From: a virus
Length of the DNA stretch: 42,071 nt
Direction: 5' to 3' (one strand)
IMG/VR virus record: IMGVR_UViG_3300008807_000162
Span: 1-42,071 of that record
Within the stretch, counting starts at the first letter, position 1; every line of letters starts with the position of its first letter. The notes under the pieces were generated by a model. The model had not been told where the DNA came from. It did not search any database and saw only the letters and a list, made by a program, of their open reading frames with translations. The translations under genes and the position numbers were made by a program. Shown here piece by piece: positions 1 through 8,699 of the stretch.

Positions 1-99
1 CCGCGTATCCATGGATGCAGGCGGCGGTCAACGTCACCGCGTCCGGTCGCGAACTCCGCATGAACAGCGGCGACAACGCGATCTTCAACCTGTCGAAGG
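1..99. repeat. Terminal overlap, identical to 41973..42071 (circular assembly closure)
   Basis: Read directly: ccgcgtatccatggatgcag...cctgtcgaagg occurs at both ends. It lies inside the capsid ORF. Confidence 0.95.
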
Positions 100-716
100 C
101 TCGCCTCAAGAACGCGGTGCGCACGGCGGCCAACTACATGTCCATCGACGTGTACTCGGACGGCGCGCTCACCAACCAGATGGGCGGCCTGGCCTACATC
201 ATCCAGAACAACGGTCTCGGGCAGGTGGGCGGCATCAACGCCACCACGTGGCCCTTCTGGCGCAATCAGTTCGTCGAGGCGACCGGCACCAACGCCGTCA
301 CCAAGTCGAACATCAAAGGCTACATGAACCAGCTCTACCTCAATCTGGTTCGTGGCGCCGACAAGACCGACCTGATCGTGTCGAGCCATGACTTCTTCTC
401 GATGTACTGGGAATCGCTGCAGGATCAGCAGCGCTACATGTCGAGCGACGAAGCGACGGCCGGCTTCCGCGCTCTGAAGTACGTCGACGCGGACGTCATC
501 TTCGACAGCAACAGCAACTTCTCGACGACTGCCGAGAAGATGTACTTCCTGAACACCGATTACCTCGGGCTGGTCGTCCACCGTGACGCCAACTGGTCGC
601 AGATGGACGACAAGGTCTCGGTCAATCAGGACGCCGTCGTCATCCCCCTTCTGTGGATGGGCAATCTGGTCTGCAGCAATCGCGCGCTGCAGGGCACGCT
701 CATCGACGCCGCGTAA
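1..716 (+). CDS. Major capsid protein, C-terminal part (continuation of 41723..42071 across the circular junction; 321 aa in total)
   Basis: Same frame as the ORF opening at ATG 41723 when the 99-nt overlap is collapsed. Directly follows the scaffold gene. Very high GC at codon position 3. Size is typical of a coat protein. Family not assignable by eye. Confidence 0.75.
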   Translation, partial: AYPWMQAAVNVTASGRELRMNSGDNAIFNLSKARLKNAVRTAANYMSIDVYSDGALTNQMGGLAYIIQNNGLGQVGGINATTWPFWRNQFVEATGTNAVTKSNIKGYMNQLYLNLVRGADKTDLIVSSHDFFSMYWESLQDQQRYMSSDEATAGFRALKYVDADVIFDSNSNFSTTAEKMYFLNTDYLGLVVHRDANWSQMDDKVSVNQDAVVIPLLWMGNLVCSNRALQGTLIDAA

Positions 717-727
717 GGAGAACCACC

Positions 728-1213
728 ATGGGCTACATCATCGGCATCAACCCGGCCCTCACTCAGCCGAACCTCACGGACGGCAAGAGCTACGGGCTGG
801 GCGACCTCGGCACGGATGCGGCGGGCAACGTCTACCGCTACGTGCAGGCTTCCGGGGCCATCACCGGCCAGGGCTACGTCGTGATCATCGACGAAGCTTT
901 CCAGGCGGCCATGGTCACGACCTCCAACGACGCGCTGGGCGATCAGGTCGGCGTCGCGCAGGCGGCCTTTGCGGACGACGAATACGGGTGGGTGATGGTC
1001 TACGGCTACACCCAGATCCGTTCGGAGCAGGATGCGCTCGCCAACTCGTACCTGGGGGCGACCGCGGACGCCGGCCAGATCGACGATGCGGCGGCCACGG
1101 GCCTCTACATCCGCAACATGATCCTCACCACGGCGCGCGGCGGGACCGATGGTCTTGCCCCGGGCTTCATCAACTGGCCGCTGTTCGACACGCGACCGGC
1201 CCCGGCCGTGTAA
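728..1213 (+). CDS. Putative head decoration/cement protein (DUF2190-like, tentative)
   Basis: 161 aa. ATG with AAGGAG upstream, immediately after the capsid gene. Gly/Ala-rich beta-type sequence (GDQVGVAQAAFADDEYGWVMVYGY) resembling decoration proteins. Confidence 0.55.
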   Translation: MGYIIGINPALTQPNLTDGKSYGLGDLGTDAAGNVYRYVQASGAITGQGYVVIIDEAFQAAMVTTSNDALGDQVGVAQAAFADDEYGWVMVYGYTQIRSEQDALANSYLGATADAGQIDDAAATGLYIRNMILTTARGGTDGLAPGFINWPLFDTRPAPAV

Positions 1214-1267
1214 CCGCTACCGGGCGGGGCTTCGCGTCCCGCCCGTCCCTCACTCACAGGAGACCGC

Positions 1268-1912
1268 ATGTTCGACGCCAAGCAGGAAGACCGCTCCGCC
1301 CTCGCGGTGGTGCCCTTTGGGTTCTGGACCGATCACGTCCCACAGGGGGACGGCACGCTCGTGGCCGTCGACTACGCCAAGTGGGGAAAGAAGGGCTACG
1401 CCAACTGGGAAAGTTCCGAGCGCGTCTCGCGGCTGCAGAAGTCGGCCAAGGATGCGCGCGAGCGGCCCGAGTCGATGCCCACCGTGTGGGATGCGCTGGA
1501 GCCGCACTACAAGCGCTGGAAAGAGGGGCAGGAGGCCGTCACCGATGGCTACGCCCTTGAAGGCTGGGCGGCCATCAGCAAGGGGCAGGTTTCGGCTTGC
1601 AAGCACTTGCACATCCATTCCGTTCAGGACCTCGCGGGCGCGACCGACGATGCGCTGCAGAAGCTCGGCCCCGGCTTCCTGAAGCTGCGCGAGCAGGCCC
1701 GTTCGTTCGAGAAGACCTTGAACGACGGCACGGCGAAGATTTCGGCCGAGAATGCCGAGCTTCGCGCACAGGTCGATCAGCTTCGCAAGGAGCAGGACGA
1801 GGATCGTGCCACCTTCCGGGAGTTCATGGCCAAGCACGGCGAGAAGGAAGCCGACATGCCGTCCGACGCCGCGGGCGACACCGCCCAGCAGCGCAAGAAG
1901 AAGGCCGCGTAG
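1268..1912 (+). CDS. Hypothetical virion-module protein with C-terminal coiled coil
   Basis: 214-aa ORF with AGGAGA upstream and good coding bias. C-terminus AENAELRAQVDQLRKEQDED is heptad-like. Confidence 0.7.
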   Translation: MFDAKQEDRSALAVVPFGFWTDHVPQGDGTLVAVDYAKWGKKGYANWESSERVSRLQKSAKDARERPESMPTVWDALEPHYKRWKEGQEAVTDGYALEGWAAISKGQVSACKHLHIHSVQDLAGATDDALQKLGPGFLKLREQARSFEKTLNDGTAKISAENAELRAQVDQLRKEQDEDRATFREFMAKHGEKEADMPSDAAGDTAQQRKKKAA

Positions 1913-1914
1913 CG

Positions 1915-2337
1915 ATGGCGGACAAGCGCCCGTCGATGCTGGCCCGCATAATGGCGGGGTACGATCAGGCGCTGCCGCCCTACGAAGCGCCGGGATCGAT
2001 GCTGGGCGCTTTCGTGCCGCCGGTGCAGCGCGCCGGCATGCCGGCCTATCAGCAGCCGTTCACCGGCCCGCGCAACGTGCCGGCCGGGCTGCCCCCCTAC
2101 GAACAGCCGGGCGGCTCGCTGCCCATGGATCGGTACATGGTGGCGCCGTCGCCAGTTCCCACACCAGCGCCGCCCGTCGCGCCCATGCCGGCGCCGCAGG
2201 TCATGCCCGAGCCCACGGGCGGCCAAGGCTACGCAGGCCCCGACCCGATGCTGCCGCCTCCCTACGACCCCATGAAAGACCCACGGTATCTGCCCGAACA
2301 GTGGGCAGGGGCCTTCAATCCACGGTGGCAGTCTTGA
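1915..2337 (+). CDS. Proline-rich hypothetical protein with repeated PPYExPG motifs
   Basis: Internal ATG at 1915, 2 nt after the previous stop. 140 aa. LPPYEAPGS / LPPYEQPGG / PPPYDP repeats. Confidence 0.6.
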   Translation: MADKRPSMLARIMAGYDQALPPYEAPGSMLGAFVPPVQRAGMPAYQQPFTGPRNVPAGLPPYEQPGGSLPMDRYMVAPSPVPTPAPPVAPMPAPQVMPEPTGGQGYAGPDPMLPPPYDPMKDPRYLPEQWAGAFNPRWQS

Positions 2338-3038
2338 GTCTCTTGACGATCATCACCAACGTCTGCCGCCGCGTTGGCCAGCAGCCGCCCAACGTGGTTG
2401 TCACGTCGACCGACGCGACCATCCAGCAGATGCTCTCCTTCGCCAACGAAGTCGGCAACGAGCTGATGAAGTACGGCGACTGGCGGAAGCTGCGCAAGCA
2501 GAAGGTCTTTCAGACGCTCGCTCAGGAGGAGCAGACGGGCATGGTGCCGTCCGACCTCGGGCAGTGGATCGACCAAAGCGCGTGGAACCGCTCGGCACGC
2601 CGTCCTCTCTGGGGGCCGATCTCGCCGCAGCAATGGCAGGCATGGAAAGCCTTTCAGGCGTTCCCGGTCATGGATTGCTGGTATTTCGAGGGCAACAACA
2701 TCCTCGTCCAGCCGATCCCGCAGGCGGCCGAGACGTTCGCCTTCGCCTACACCTCCAACCTGTGGTGCCAATCCGCCGATGGCGTGGGGCAGAGCGAGTG
2801 GCTGGCGGACACCGACGTCGGTGTCCTGTCGGAGCGTCTGTTCACGCTGGGCATCCTCTACATGTACCTGGAGGCCCGCGGCCTCTACAGCGAGGCGGCC
2901 GAGCTTCGCTACGACCTGCAGGTGCGGCAGGAGCTGGCAGAGGATTCGCCGCGCTCCACCCACAGCATGGCGTCTAACGCCGCGTGGTGGGGCCGTCGCC
3001 CGGGCATTGTCGTGCCTGATGGCGATTGGAGAGTCTAA
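2334..3038 (+). CDS. Hypothetical virion structural protein (possible head-tail adaptor by position)
   Basis: TTG at 2334 overlaps the preceding TGA (TTGA). 234 aa with a normal residue mix downstream of that point, whereas the upstream part of ORF 1752..3038 is an Arg/Ala/Pro-rich shadow. Confidence 0.6.
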   Translation: MSLLTIITNVCRRVGQQPPNVVVTSTDATIQQMLSFANEVGNELMKYGDWRKLRKQKVFQTLAQEEQTGMVPSDLGQWIDQSAWNRSARRPLWGPISPQQWQAWKAFQAFPVMDCWYFEGNNILVQPIPQAAETFAFAYTSNLWCQSADGVGQSEWLADTDVGVLSERLFTLGILYMYLEARGLYSEAAELRYDLQVRQELAEDSPRSTHSMASNAAWWGRRPGIVVPDGDWRV

Positions 3039-3532
3039 AGGTGACGCCAAGCCTCGCGTCTTCTGATTGCGCCTATGAGCGACTTGCTGACGCCATAGGC
3101 GCGCGCCGTCTTGATCGCGCCGAGCGAACTGCGCCGGATTTCCCGCACCTGTGCCTCGGTGAGTTTGGACTCAGGATGGTCGGCGCCGCGGAAGAACTTG
3201 GTGCGGCCTTTGGCTTTCATGTCGTTCATGTTGTCTTGCCGCGTGCCCAGAAACAGATGCGCCGGATTGAGGCAGCTGGGGACGTCGCACTTATGACAGA
3301 CCTCTTTGCCGGCTGGGATCGGGCCGTTGGCCAGCTCCCACGCCAAGCGGTGCACCTTCTGTTTGCGCCCTCCGGCGTTGAGGACGCCATAGTCATTTGG
3401 GGCGGGTGCTTGCACCGCTCCGAACCAGAGCAGACACCCGCTATTGGGCTCCCAAATGCTTCGGTTCTCAAGCCGCTCCGCGAGCGTCGAGTTGTCGGGC
3501 ATCTTCCGAATCGAGTAGGGTGCAGCAGCCAT
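3035..3532 (-). CDS. HNH homing endonuclease (HNH_3 type with C-terminal HTH)
   Basis: Met51 of ORF 3035..3682, giving 165 aa. Motifs EPNSGCLLW, HRLAWEL, CHKCDVPSCLNPAHLFLGTRQDN, and C-terminal LTEAQVREIR...GVSKSLIGAIRRREAWRHL. It is the only minus-strand gene in the late operon. Confidence 0.85.
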   Translation of the reverse strand: MAAAPYSIRKMPDNSTLAERLENRSIWEPNSGCLLWFGAVQAPAPNDYGVLNAGGRKQKVHRLAWELANGPIPAGKEVCHKCDVPSCLNPAHLFLGTRQDNMNDMKAKGRTKFFRGADHPESKLTEAQVREIRRSSLGAIKTARAYGVSKSLIGAIRRREAWRHL

Positions 3533-3630
3533 GATCGCGGTCCTTTCGCGAGATTGGTTAGGGCCGGACGTCGCGTTGGCGCGCGAGTTCGGCCCGATTT
3601 TTCTATCACAGATTGCGTCGAGGTGCACTG

Positions 3631-5298
3631 ATGTATCTCGGCGGCGGGAATGCACGCAAGAAGGTCGCGCAAGGGCGACCATTGATCAGCCAGAAGCAGC
3701 TCCCGGCCTCCACGCGGGGGTTGAACCTGCACGACGGCATCGCGTCGATGAAGCCGGCCGATGCGCTGATCCTCGACAACTGGTTTCCCGAGGCGACCTA
3801 TCTCCGCGTCCGCGGCGGCAAGTACATGCACGCCGCACAGGGAAGCGGGGCCGTCTACTCGCTGATGGAGTGGGCCGGTCCTTCCTCGCGCAAGTTCTTC
3901 GCCGCCACCGAGACGGCCATCACGGACATCACCACCAGCGGGCCGTTCGGCGTTCCTGCCGTGACGGGGCTGGCGTCCGGCTACTGGTCGACCGTCATGC
4001 AGGCGACGCCGGGCGGTCACTTCCTAGTGCTCGCCAATGCCATCGACGACATGCGCAATTTCGACGGCGCGGCCTGGACCACCCCCACGATCACGGGGGT
4101 GGACAGCTCGACCATCAAGTTCGTCTGGGTGCATAAGTCGCGCCAATGGCTGATCCCGAACAACTCGACGAAGGCATACTACCTGCCCACCAACTCGATT
4201 GCGGGCGCGGCTTCGCCTTTCGAGCTGGGCGGCAACTTCACGGACGGCGGCCAGCTGGTGGCGATGGGGTCCGTATCCCGGGACGGCGGGGCGGGCTCCG
4301 ACGATTATCTGGCCTTCGTCAGCTCGCACGGGCAGGTCGCGGTCTATCAGGGCGACGATCCGGCATCGTCCGACACATGGGCTCTCGTGGGCGTCTACAA
4401 CTGTGCGCCCCCCATCGGCAATCGCTGCGTGACCAACATCGAGGGCGATCTGGCGATCCTCACCGAGGCCGCTATCATCAGCACGCGCCAGCTCATGTCG
4501 TCCGGCGGCTCCACGGCTGCCCGGCAGGCGATCAGCAACCGGATCGACCAAGGCATCATACAGGCATTTGCCAGCTACGGCGCCATTCCCGGCTGGTCGG
4601 TCAACTCCTACCCGCGCACGCGGCAGGCGGTGTTCAACGTCCCGACGTCGCCCACGACGGCCTTCCAATTCGTGGTCAACACGCAGACTGGCGCTTGGTG
4701 CACCTATGGCCTGCTGGACTCGCCTTTCAATGCCACCTGCTGGGGCATCTTCAACGAGCAGCCGTATTTCGGCATGTCGGATGGGACGGTCTGGCAGGCC
4801 GAGCGCGGCTATTCCGATCAGGCACAGGGAGACATCGAGTTCTTCGGTTCCGGCCTGATCGAGTTCGAGAGCGACAGCGGCGACCTGATCACATTCTATG
4901 GCGGCAGCGTCTCGACATTCATCACCGCGCAGGTGAAGACGAGCTTCCAGACCTACGGGCGACAGGGCGGCGTGGCCCGCATGACCATGATCCGGCCGCT
5001 CTTCACGGCAGGCGGCCAGGTCGTGCCGGCGATCCGCATCAACACCGATTACCAGAACGACAAGCCGCTTTCGACGGACGAGTACCCATTGCAGCCCGGC
5101 GGCGCCGACTCGAATTGGGACGAGGCGCTGTGGGATAGCGGGACGTGGGGCTCCGACGCCGCGCCGTTCAACAACTGGCAGGCGGCGACCGGGATCGGGA
5201 CCGTGGCGTCCGTGAACATGGTCACCCAGACGCGCATCAACACCATCCTGAATGCCTGGGACATCAAGGCCGAAGTGGCCGGGAACGTGACCCTGTGA
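3631..5298 (+). CDS. Large virion protein, putative tail tubular/nozzle-like protein
   Basis: ATG 3631 with GAGG 7 nt upstream. 555 aa. Beta-rich sequence. Lies between the head genes and the internal virion proteins. Function inferred from position only. Confidence 0.6.
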   Translation: MYLGGGNARKKVAQGRPLISQKQLPASTRGLNLHDGIASMKPADALILDNWFPEATYLRVRGGKYMHAAQGSGAVYSLMEWAGPSSRKFFAATETAITDITTSGPFGVPAVTGLASGYWSTVMQATPGGHFLVLANAIDDMRNFDGAAWTTPTITGVDSSTIKFVWVHKSRQWLIPNNSTKAYYLPTNSIAGAASPFELGGNFTDGGQLVAMGSVSRDGGAGSDDYLAFVSSHGQVAVYQGDDPASSDTWALVGVYNCAPPIGNRCVTNIEGDLAILTEAAIISTRQLMSSGGSTAARQAISNRIDQGIIQAFASYGAIPGWSVNSYPRTRQAVFNVPTSPTTAFQFVVNTQTGAWCTYGLLDSPFNATCWGIFNEQPYFGMSDGTVWQAERGYSDQAQGDIEFFGSGLIEFESDSGDLITFYGGSVSTFITAQVKTSFQTYGRQGGVARMTMIRPLFTAGGQVVPAIRINTDYQNDKPLSTDEYPLQPGGADSNWDEALWDSGTWGSDAAPFNNWQAATGIGTVASVNMVTQTRINTILNAWDIKAEVAGNVTL

Positions 5299-5534
5299 GC
5301 ATCGTCGACGTCTACGAACCGAGCGAGGTCCTGTTTCGCAAGAAGCTGCGCACGGGGCTATCTGGCTTGGGTGGCGGGACAGCCACGGGCTTCGCGTCGC
5401 TGCGCTTGGCGCCGATCACAACCGCGGCGCGGCTGGCGCTGACCGATATCGAGGGGCTGACCGTATTCGACGGGGATTTCCAGAAGCTGTTTCTGGGGAC
5501 CGCCGGCGGCTGGCAGGAGGTGACTTCGGTATGA
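5295..5534 (+). CDS. Small hypothetical virion-module protein
   Basis: GTG 5295 overlaps the preceding TGA (GTGA). 79 aa. Followed by an ATGA overlap to the next gene. Confidence 0.5.
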   Translation: MSIVDVYEPSEVLFRKKLRTGLSGLGGGTATGFASLRLAPITTAARLALTDIEGLTVFDGDFQKLFLGTAGGWQEVTSV

Positions 5535-6076
5535 GCCAGGATCACACCCTGCTATTCGGCTTTGACAAGGAACTGGTTGCGTGGGCTTGCGAGCGTATCC
5601 CCTGGATGTCTCCAAGCGATGCCATGCGAGCGGTCGGGGTGGCCGATGGCAAGACGGCTGATGCTAAGCTGCTGGCCGTGGCCGTTTATCACAACTACAT
5701 CGCCCCCAAGAAGGTGGGCGGCGAGACTTGGTACAACACGGTCGAGATGAGCTTTGTGGCGGCTTCTCCCCGTTTTGCCACGCGCCGAACCATCATCAAT
5801 CTCTTGAAAATTCCTTTCGACCAGTTCAAGGTAGACCACGTCCTTGTTGCCATTCCTTCCATCAACAAGCGAGCTATCCGCTTTGTGACAGGGATTGGCT
5901 TCACGCCTCGGGGCACGCTTTCCCGGTTCTATTCCAAAAGCGTGCATGCCTGCGTTTTCGGACTCCACCGAAACACCTTCAAGGCCCGCGACTTCCTGAA
6001 GAAGGAAAAGCGGCCAGCGAAGAGCAGGCCAAGGCCCGATGGGCAAGAGCACACCGTCAGCACCGCAAGCGCCTGA
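5531..6076 (+). CDS. GNAT-like N-acetyltransferase (tentative)
   Basis: 181 aa. VEMSFVAASPRFATRR...INKRAIRFVTGIGFTPRG resembles the GNAT beta4-alpha3 acetyl-CoA region. ATGA coupling to the upstream gene. Confidence 0.5.
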   Translation: MSQDHTLLFGFDKELVAWACERIPWMSPSDAMRAVGVADGKTADAKLLAVAVYHNYIAPKKVGGETWYNTVEMSFVAASPRFATRRTIINLLKIPFDQFKVDHVLVAIPSINKRAIRFVTGIGFTPRGTLSRFYSKSVHACVFGLHRNTFKARDFLKKEKRPAKSRPRPDGQEHTVSTASA

Positions 6077-6920
6077 CCCGAGCTACGTCAGCAGCCAGCA
6101 GACGCAAAGCAACGTCAATACGGCGATTGCCAATGCGTGGCTGAACAACGTCGACCAGAAGACACCCTATGGCAGCCTGACGTTCAATCAGAACGGCGGC
6201 CAGTTCGACAACGCCGGCAACTGGATTCCCCGCTTCACCGCGACCCAGACACTCAGTCCCGAACAGCAGAAGCTCTACGAGACGCAGACCCGCGTCACGC
6301 AGGGAGCATATGACCTTGCAGACCAGTACACCGGCCGCATCGCGGAGGCGACCAAGACGCCCTTCAACTACGAGGGCCTGCCGGCGGCTCCCGTCTACAA
6401 CGAGGATTACCGGAAGCAGCAGCTTCAGGCCATTCAGGACCGCGCCGCACCATCGATGGAGCGCGACCGGGCGGCTTTGGAGCAGCGTCTTGCGAATCAG
6501 GGCGTCTCTTACGGGACCGACGCATGGAAGGCCGCGCTCGACGATTACAACCGATCGGTCAACGACTTCAGGCTCGGTGCCGACGTGCAGGCGGGCAACG
6601 CCGCGGCGCAGCAGTACAGCCTTGAAGGCCAGACCCGCGACCGCGCCATTCAGGAGCGGGCCAACCTCAGGTCGCAGCCCATCAACGAAGTGGCGGCGCT
6701 TCTGGGCACAGGTTCCGGCGTCCAGAACCCGAGCTTTGTGCCGACCAACAATTACGCGATCCAGCCGACGGACGTATCCGGCAACTATTGGAATGCCTAC
6801 CAGGGTCAGATTGCGCAGCAGCAAGCGCAGCAGCGCCAGCAGAGCGCGGCCCTTGGCGGCCTGTTCGGGCTCGTAGGCACGGGCCTCGGTGGCTGGGCCA
6901 CCGGCGGCTTCAAGGTGTAG
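6039..6920 (+). CDS. Internal virion/ejection protein (Gln-rich, C-terminal Gly-rich hydrophobic segment)
   Basis: 293 aa. QQQAQQRQQSAALGGLFGLVGTGLGGWATGGF tail. Lies upstream of the transglycosylase-containing protein, as in podoviral core-protein sets. Confidence 0.6.
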   Translation: MGKSTPSAPQAPDPSYVSSQQTQSNVNTAIANAWLNNVDQKTPYGSLTFNQNGGQFDNAGNWIPRFTATQTLSPEQQKLYETQTRVTQGAYDLADQYTGRIAEATKTPFNYEGLPAAPVYNEDYRKQQLQAIQDRAAPSMERDRAALEQRLANQGVSYGTDAWKAALDDYNRSVNDFRLGADVQAGNAAAQQYSLEGQTRDRAIQERANLRSQPINEVAALLGTGSGVQNPSFVPTNNYAIQPTDVSGNYWNAYQGQIAQQQAQQRQQSAALGGLFGLVGTGLGGWATGGFKV

Positions 6921-6923
6921 GCC

Positions 6924-8699
6924 GTGACCGTTCTCCCCGATTACAGCGACCTCACGTACAGCCTTGCGGGCGTGCGGCGGACGAACCCCTATGACCGTCG
7001 CCGGGCGTTCGCGCAGCGCCTTCAGCAGTCCGGTGCAGACTACTCGCCGGTCGACCACCCCCTGCAGGGGGCCGCGCGTCTTGCTCAGGCCCTCGTTGGT
7101 GGTTGGATGGGCGGAAAGGCCGACCGAGACGAGGCGGACGCGCTCAAGAAGCGGGAGACGTCGCTTGCCGCCGCCATGGCCGAGCCCGACCCGCAGAAGC
7201 GCATTGCCATGTTGAGCGCCACCGATCCCGAGCTGGGCGCGCGCCTTTCGGGCCAGCTCGCCGTCAAGCAGGCCGAGATCGCGTCGCAGCAGCAGGGCCT
7301 GCAGACCGCGGCCGGGAACTTCGGCGGCTCGTTCGGCGTGCCGGCGGGGCCGACGCCGAATGCCACCGGGAACGCCGGGGCAGCCATTGCCGGCATCGAA
7401 TCCTCAGGCCAGCCGAATGGCGGATATGGCGCTGTCGGCCCCGAGACGGGCCGCGGGCGCGCGCTCGGCAAGTATCAGGTCATGCCCTTCAACGTAGGGC
7501 CGTGGACCAAGGAGGCCCTTGGTCGCGAGATGACGCCGCAGGAGTTCCTTGCGAATCCGCAGGCACAGGACGCCGTGTTCAATCACAAGTTCGGGCAGTA
7601 CGTGCAGCAGTACGGCAGCCCGCAGGCTGCAGCGCGCGCGTGGTTCGCCGGTCCCGGCGGCATGAACAACCCGAATGCCCGCGACGCGCTCGGCACGTCG
7701 GTGGCGGACTACAGCCAGAAATTCAACGCGGCCTATGGCGGTGGTGGCGCCCCCACTCAGGTAGCACAAGGCTCAGCCGATGGGAGCGGCACGCCGATGC
7801 CTCCGCCGGGCATGCCGCCAGCACCTCAGCCGGGCGCCGTCTCCGGGCCGACGATGGTTGCCCCGACGCCGCCGCAGATTCCCGACGTGCCGCGTCCGCA
7901 GCCGTCGCCGCAGATGGTCCAGCAATACCAGCAGCGGCTTCGTTCGGGCGAGTTCGGGCGCGACGCGAACGAGGCAATCCCCCGTGCTCGTGCAGCCATG
8001 GACGCCGAGCTTGATCGCCAGTGGGTGGTCGACCGCGAGCGCGCCCGCATGCAATTCGACCAGTCGCAGAAGCAGTACGAGTCGGATGCCAAGAAGGCCG
8101 GCGAGGGGCCGCAAAAGGCTTTCGACAACGAAGGCAAGATGCGTGACGACTACGGCCGCGAACCTGCGGTCAAGGCATATCGCATCGTCGTGCCCATGCT
8201 GGAGTCGGCCAAGGATGCGGCGACGCGGCCGACGCGCGCCGCGGACCTGAACCTCGTCTACGCCTTCGCCAAGATGATGGATCCGGAGTCCGTGGTGCGC
8301 GAATCGGAAACGGCAGGCGTCGTGGCAACCGCGAGCGTCGCGGACCGGCTTGCGGGGTATATCGGGCAGCTCAATGGGCAGGCGATGCTCTCGCCCGAGA
8401 CGCGCCAGAAGTTGCTGGCCGAACTGAATTCCCGCTTCAGCGCCTTGAAGGCATCCAACGACGAAATCACGCGCGCCTACACCGATGCGGCGAAGTCCTA
8501 CGGACTAAACCCCGACCGAATTTTCTTCAACGTGCGCGGGAGCGGTTCAAGTCCTCAGACGCCGACTGCAGCCCCTTCTCCGGCTCCGAAGCCTTCTCCC
8601 GGCCAGATACCCAAGATCACGGGCGATGACGACTATTCCAAGCTGCCTTCGGGCACGACGTTCATCGCGCCGGACGGCACCACGAGGGTCAAGCCATGA
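6924..8699 (+). CDS. Internal virion protein with lytic transglycosylase (SLT) domain
   Basis: GTG start, 591 aa. AIAGIESSGQPNGGYGAVGP...GKYQVMPFN...AARAWFAGPGG matches the SLT catalytic-Glu region. Pro-rich linker followed by a C-terminal domain. Confidence 0.85.
   Translation: MTVLPDYSDLTYSLAGVRRTNPYDRRRAFAQRLQQSGADYSPVDHPLQGAARLAQALVGGWMGGKADRDEADALKKRETSLAAAMAEPDPQKRIAMLSATDPELGARLSGQLAVKQAEIASQQQGLQTAAGNFGGSFGVPAGPTPNATGNAGAAIAGIESSGQPNGGYGAVGPETGRGRALGKYQVMPFNVGPWTKEALGREMTPQEFLANPQAQDAVFNHKFGQYVQQYGSPQAAARAWFAGPGGMNNPNARDALGTSVADYSQKFNAAYGGGGAPTQVAQGSADGSGTPMPPPGMPPAPQPGAVSGPTMVAPTPPQIPDVPRPQPSPQMVQQYQQRLRSGEFGRDANEAIPRARAAMDAELDRQWVVDRERARMQFDQSQKQYESDAKKAGEGPQKAFDNEGKMRDDYGREPAVKAYRIVVPMLESAKDAATRPTRAADLNLVYAFAKMMDPESVVRESETAGVVATASVADRLAGYIGQLNGQAMLSPETRQKLLAELNSRFSALKASNDEITRAYTDAAKSYGLNPDRIFFNVRGSGSSPQTPTAAPSPAPKPSPGQIPKITGDDDYSKLPSGTTFIAPDGTTRVKP

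Noticed and set aside
1597-3038. Long forms of ORFs 1597-2337 and 1752-3038
   Set aside because: Their 5-prime parts overlap the well-supported gene 1268-1912 and are Arg-rich. Internal starts at 1915 (ATG) and 2334 (TTG, overlapping the preceding stop) fit the coupling pattern.
3086-3094. Partial element copy GCTGACGCC inside the HNH gene, and GTGCTGACG at 14542-14550
   Set aside because: Only 9 nt match. At this GC content and length, chance occurrence is plausible, so they are not counted in the family.
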